Positions 60,947 through 64,000 of a stretch of 64,000 bases of DNA are shown in pieces; position 1 is the first letter of the stretch, and each line of letters begins with the position of its first letter. The stretch is from an uncultured delta proteobacterium (GTDB lineage: Bacteria > Desulfobacterota > Binatia > Binatales > Binataceae), in the NCBI GenBank assembly GCA_963711565.1, contig CAVQEQ010000001.1, forward strand, positions 832,001-896,000, in the 5' to 3' direction. Below the pieces are notes generated by a model that was not told the DNA's origin, did not search any database, and worked only from the letters and a program-made list of their open reading frames with translations. The position numbers and the translations under genes were made by a program.

Positions 60947-61765
60947 CTAAATCTGCGCGGCGACGTGTGAATTCACATCGTGCAGGCGCGTGCGGCGCGG
61001 CATCGCGAGGCGGTCTGCGATTACGCGGTACACGTCGGCGTTCAGACCCATCCCGACGTGACTGCCCATCACCTCGACGTTTTCCACTGTCGGTGCGCCG
61101 CTCAGATCGATGCAGCTCTCCCAGTGCACGACGCCGTCGGTGCGCGAGTAGATATGCGTGGTCGGAACGCCGGCGGGAGATTCGTCGCTCAACATCAGTC
61201 CGCACTGACACGACTCGCTGAGGCATCCTTCGGCCCTTCCGCGAATTGCTGCGATCGACTTCGCCACCGCTTCGACTGCGAGGTTGGCGTGGCGGCGTGG
61301 CATCCTGATAGGCGAGCCCAATGAAATAACGCGCTCGACCATTTCGGGATGCTCGCGCGCAATCTCGCGCGCGTAGACGCCGCCCAGACTCTGGCCGACG
61401 ATCACGATCGGCTGATCGAATTTTTCGTAGGCGAGCGCGAGCCGCGCATTCAGTTTGCGCATCGTCTCGCGCGGGCATTCGGAGTTCGACAGGATTCCCG
61501 CGTACACGGCGCGATGGCCGAGCCATCGGCAAAAGTTCGCCAGCGGCGCGAGCGTCATATCGCCGGCCATGAAGCCGGGAATCAGCATGACGACTTTGGC
61601 GTTGTGCGGCTTTACGTGCGGCCACGGATGCGCAAGCGCGCCGATCCAGTAGATACTGGCCTCGAGTGGAACGCGGAACTCGCCCAATGCGTCAAGCATC
61701 GAGGGTCGCTTGGGCTGGCGAAGATTACGTGAAGAAATTGAAATTTGCGCATTACCTGGAGTCAT
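60947..61765 (-). CDS. Esterase/lipase-family alpha/beta hydrolase
   Basis: LIPGFM, GQSLGG, ISLGSP, YSRTDGVV, SHVGM. Confidence 0.9.
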   Translation of the reverse strand: MTPGNAQISISSRNLRQPKRPSMLDALGEFRVPLEASIYWIGALAHPWPHVKPHNAKVVMLIPGFMAGDMTLAPLANFCRWLGHRAVYAGILSNSECPRETMRKLNARLALAYEKFDQPIVIVGQSLGGVYAREIAREHPEMVERVISLGSPIRMPRRHANLAVEAVAKSIAAIRGRAEGCLSESCQCGLMLSDESPAGVPTTHIYSRTDGVVHWESCIDLSGAPTVENVEVMGSHVGMGLNADVYRVIADRLAMPRRTRLHDVNSHVAAQI

Positions 61766-62141
61766 CTGTCTCCTTTGTCGGCAATTCGCGCGGGCAACGT
61801 CTCAATCGGCAGGCATATGCACGGCGAAACCGCAACCACATCCATCCTCTGTACTAAAGATAATCATTCTTTAACCAACTGTACAATAATCTCTAATAGA
61901 GGCTCTGATGATTTCGTAGGCATCGGCGCTCTACGGCACGAACGACCTGCGCACTGACGCAGCAACTGTCCGCGTAAGAATGCGGAAACTTAAAGCGGCT
62001 GTGCAAGTACAATCATCGCCAATTTAATCCAAATAGGGCGAATCCGAGGACAGAAATCAGCTCGTTCAAATTCGATGTCCTTAACGCTCGCCGGTTTGCT
62101 AACGTAGTTGGCTCAAATACCGAACTTTTTGCGAGGTACCA

Positions 62142-63128
62142 ATGGAATTTGGAATTCAGCTTGGCGGTTTGGAACCGACACAGTATCGCGCCCACGCGCA
62201 AACTGCCGAAGGGCTCGGCTACGACCTGATCGTGTTTCCCGACCATCTTGTGAACGAGGGTCCGGATCGGCAGCTCGATGCGAAGTCGCGCGTCTTCGAC
62301 CATATCGTGATGGCCGCCTCGGTCATCGAAGCGACGAAGAAGATTCGCGTCGGCCATCTCGTGCTGTGCAACCTGTTTCGCCATCCGTCGATCACCGCGC
62401 AGAGCCTAATGACGCTGGACCAGTTGAGCGGCGGCCGTCTGGTGGCGGGAATTGGTTCGGGATGGACCGAAACGGAATTCAAGATGAGCGGGATTCCGTT
62501 CCCGCCAATCACCGAGCGGTTGCGGATGCTCGACGAAGCGATCGCCGTGATTCTGTCGTTGTGGAAAAACGAGCGGACGACCTTCGACGGTGAGTTTTAC
62601 CATCTCAAGGACGCGATCCTGTGGCCGAAACCCATTCAGCAGCCGCATCCGCCGATAATCCTGGGTGGCGGCGGCAAGGGCTTGTTGCGGCTGGCGGCGA
62701 AGTACGCCGACTACATCAACATCATTCCCGATGCGGGCAAGCGCGGGCATATCTCGATGGAAGTTGTGAAACGCACCAACGACAAGTCGTTCCGCGAGAA
62801 AGTCAGCTTCGTCCGCGACGAGGCCAAGCGTCTGGGCCGCAAGCCGGACGCGGTCCGCATCAGCAACTTTGTTTTCGCGACGATCATTTCGGAATCGCGC
62901 GAAGCAACCCGCAAGACCGCCGAGATGATGGCGCCGATGTTCCAACAGACCGCAGCCGAGTTATTGGCGTCGCCGATGATCCTGATTGGGACGCCCGAGG
63001 AATGCATCTTCGAGTTGAGGCGGCGCGCGAAGGACTGGGGCACGTCGCAGATGATCTTCACCGGCGAGGTCGGGCAGAACGAAAAGCTGATGCGCGATCT
63101 GCGCGAGAAAGTCCTCGCGCACGTGTAG
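62142..63128 (+). CDS. LLM-class (probably F420-dependent) oxidoreductase
   Basis: FPDH, VLCNLFRHP, LDQLSGGR, PKPIQQPHPPIILGG. Confidence 0.92.
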   Translation: MEFGIQLGGLEPTQYRAHAQTAEGLGYDLIVFPDHLVNEGPDRQLDAKSRVFDHIVMAASVIEATKKIRVGHLVLCNLFRHPSITAQSLMTLDQLSGGRLVAGIGSGWTETEFKMSGIPFPPITERLRMLDEAIAVILSLWKNERTTFDGEFYHLKDAILWPKPIQQPHPPIILGGGGKGLLRLAAKYADYINIIPDAGKRGHISMEVVKRTNDKSFREKVSFVRDEAKRLGRKPDAVRISNFVFATIISESREATRKTAEMMAPMFQQTAAELLASPMILIGTPEECIFELRRRAKDWGTSQMIFTGEVGQNEKLMRDLREKVLAHV

Positions 63129-63130
63129 CC

Positions 63131-63847
63131 ATGACGCTCGAATCAAAAATTGTCGTAGTCCTCGGTGGCAGCTCGGGGATGGGGCTCGCCACCGCGAAGG
63201 CCGCCGCGGCCGAGGGCGCGCAAGTCGTGATCACCGGGCGTTCGCAGGAGAAGTTGACTGCGGCGAACGCGCAACTGCCGCCCGGGTCGCGATCCGCGGC
63301 GCTCGACGTCGCCGACGAAGCGGGAACGCGCTCATTGTTCGAGCAATTGGGCCATATCGATCACTTGTTCATCACGGCGGGGTCGGTGACGCTCGGCGCC
63401 GGCCTTACGGCGGATACCGAAAAGCTCAGACCCGCAATGGATACTCGATTCTGGGGAGCCTTGTATGCGGCTAAGTACGGCGCCGCGAAGATGAAAGACG
63501 GCGGCTCGATCACGTTGATGTCCGGGGTCTCCGCGTGGCGGCCGCGCCCGGGCGCGAGCGTCGGCGCTGCATCGTGTGGCGCGGTCGAGGCGTTCGCCCG
63601 CTCGCTGGCGATCGAGCTTGCACCGATCAGGGTGAACACAATCCAGCCCGGTTTCATCGACACTCCCCTCATCGACGAATTAGTGGGCGAGCGAAAGCGC
63701 GATCTGATCGCGATGCAATCGGCGCGGTTGCCGGTGAAACGAATCGGAACGCCGGAGGACATCGCTGATGCTGTCCTCTTTCTGATGAAGAACGGTTTCG
63801 TCACCGGCATCACGTTGACGGTCGACGGCGGCCACACGCTGATCTAG
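63131..63847 (+). CDS. SDR-family oxidoreductase
   Basis: GGSSGMG, PIRVNTIQPG, TGITLTVDGG. Confidence 0.92.
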   Translation: MTLESKIVVVLGGSSGMGLATAKAAAAEGAQVVITGRSQEKLTAANAQLPPGSRSAALDVADEAGTRSLFEQLGHIDHLFITAGSVTLGAGLTADTEKLRPAMDTRFWGALYAAKYGAAKMKDGGSITLMSGVSAWRPRPGASVGAASCGAVEAFARSLAIELAPIRVNTIQPGFIDTPLIDELVGERKRDLIAMQSARLPVKRIGTPEDIADAVLFLMKNGFVTGITLTVDGGHTLI

Positions 63848-63881
63848 TGACGATGCGAGGACGCAGTGTCGTAACGCAACG

Positions 63882-64000
63882 CTAGAGCACCGCCGACTGC
63901 GGCACCTCTGTTGCGGGCTTCTCGTGATGCGTCCGATGCCGACCATGCGCACCCAGTTGCAGCACCAGCACGAGCGTCATCGCGGCGAGGCAGTAGAGGT
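63882..64000 (-). CDS. 3' end of a membrane protein gene (partial)
   Basis: Minus frame LYCLAAMTLVLVLQLG…QSAVL-stop runs in from the window edge. Confidence 0.5.
   Translation of the reverse strand, partial: LYCLAAMTLVLVLQLGAHGRHRTHHEKPATEVPQSAVL

Overview
GC-rich bacterial chromosome segment; the gene mix (galU, dksA, larC, queE, recCBD, ffs-dnaX-ybaB-recR, several LLM/F420 enzymes, tandem Crp paralogues) suggests a Deltaproteobacteria-related soil lineage such as Ca. Binatota (inference only). Bases 1-3445 are a decayed Rhs toxin/immunity island abutting the 3' end of tRNA-Ala(CGC). The rest is housekeeping and accessory metabolism: sulfatase, MetE-like enzyme, recC-recB-recD, alpha-2-macroglobulin with pbpC and hldD, a 2OG-oxygenase/aspartase-like pair, ampG, a GT87-multicopper oxidase-beta-propeller cluster, agmatine deiminase genes, SRP RNA and sodB. 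The strongest candidate for an undescribed system is a WYL-domain regulator transcribed divergently from recCBD, with a perfect TGACA-N5-TGTCA palindrome placed like a PafBC-type -26 promoter element. Other leads are a TetR with three matching operators controlling a long-leader acidic secreted protein, a nested inverted-repeat element after sodB, and AT-rich synonymous-codon patches inside genes. At least four genes carry single-base frameshifts, probably assembly errors, so split or fused ORFs need caution.
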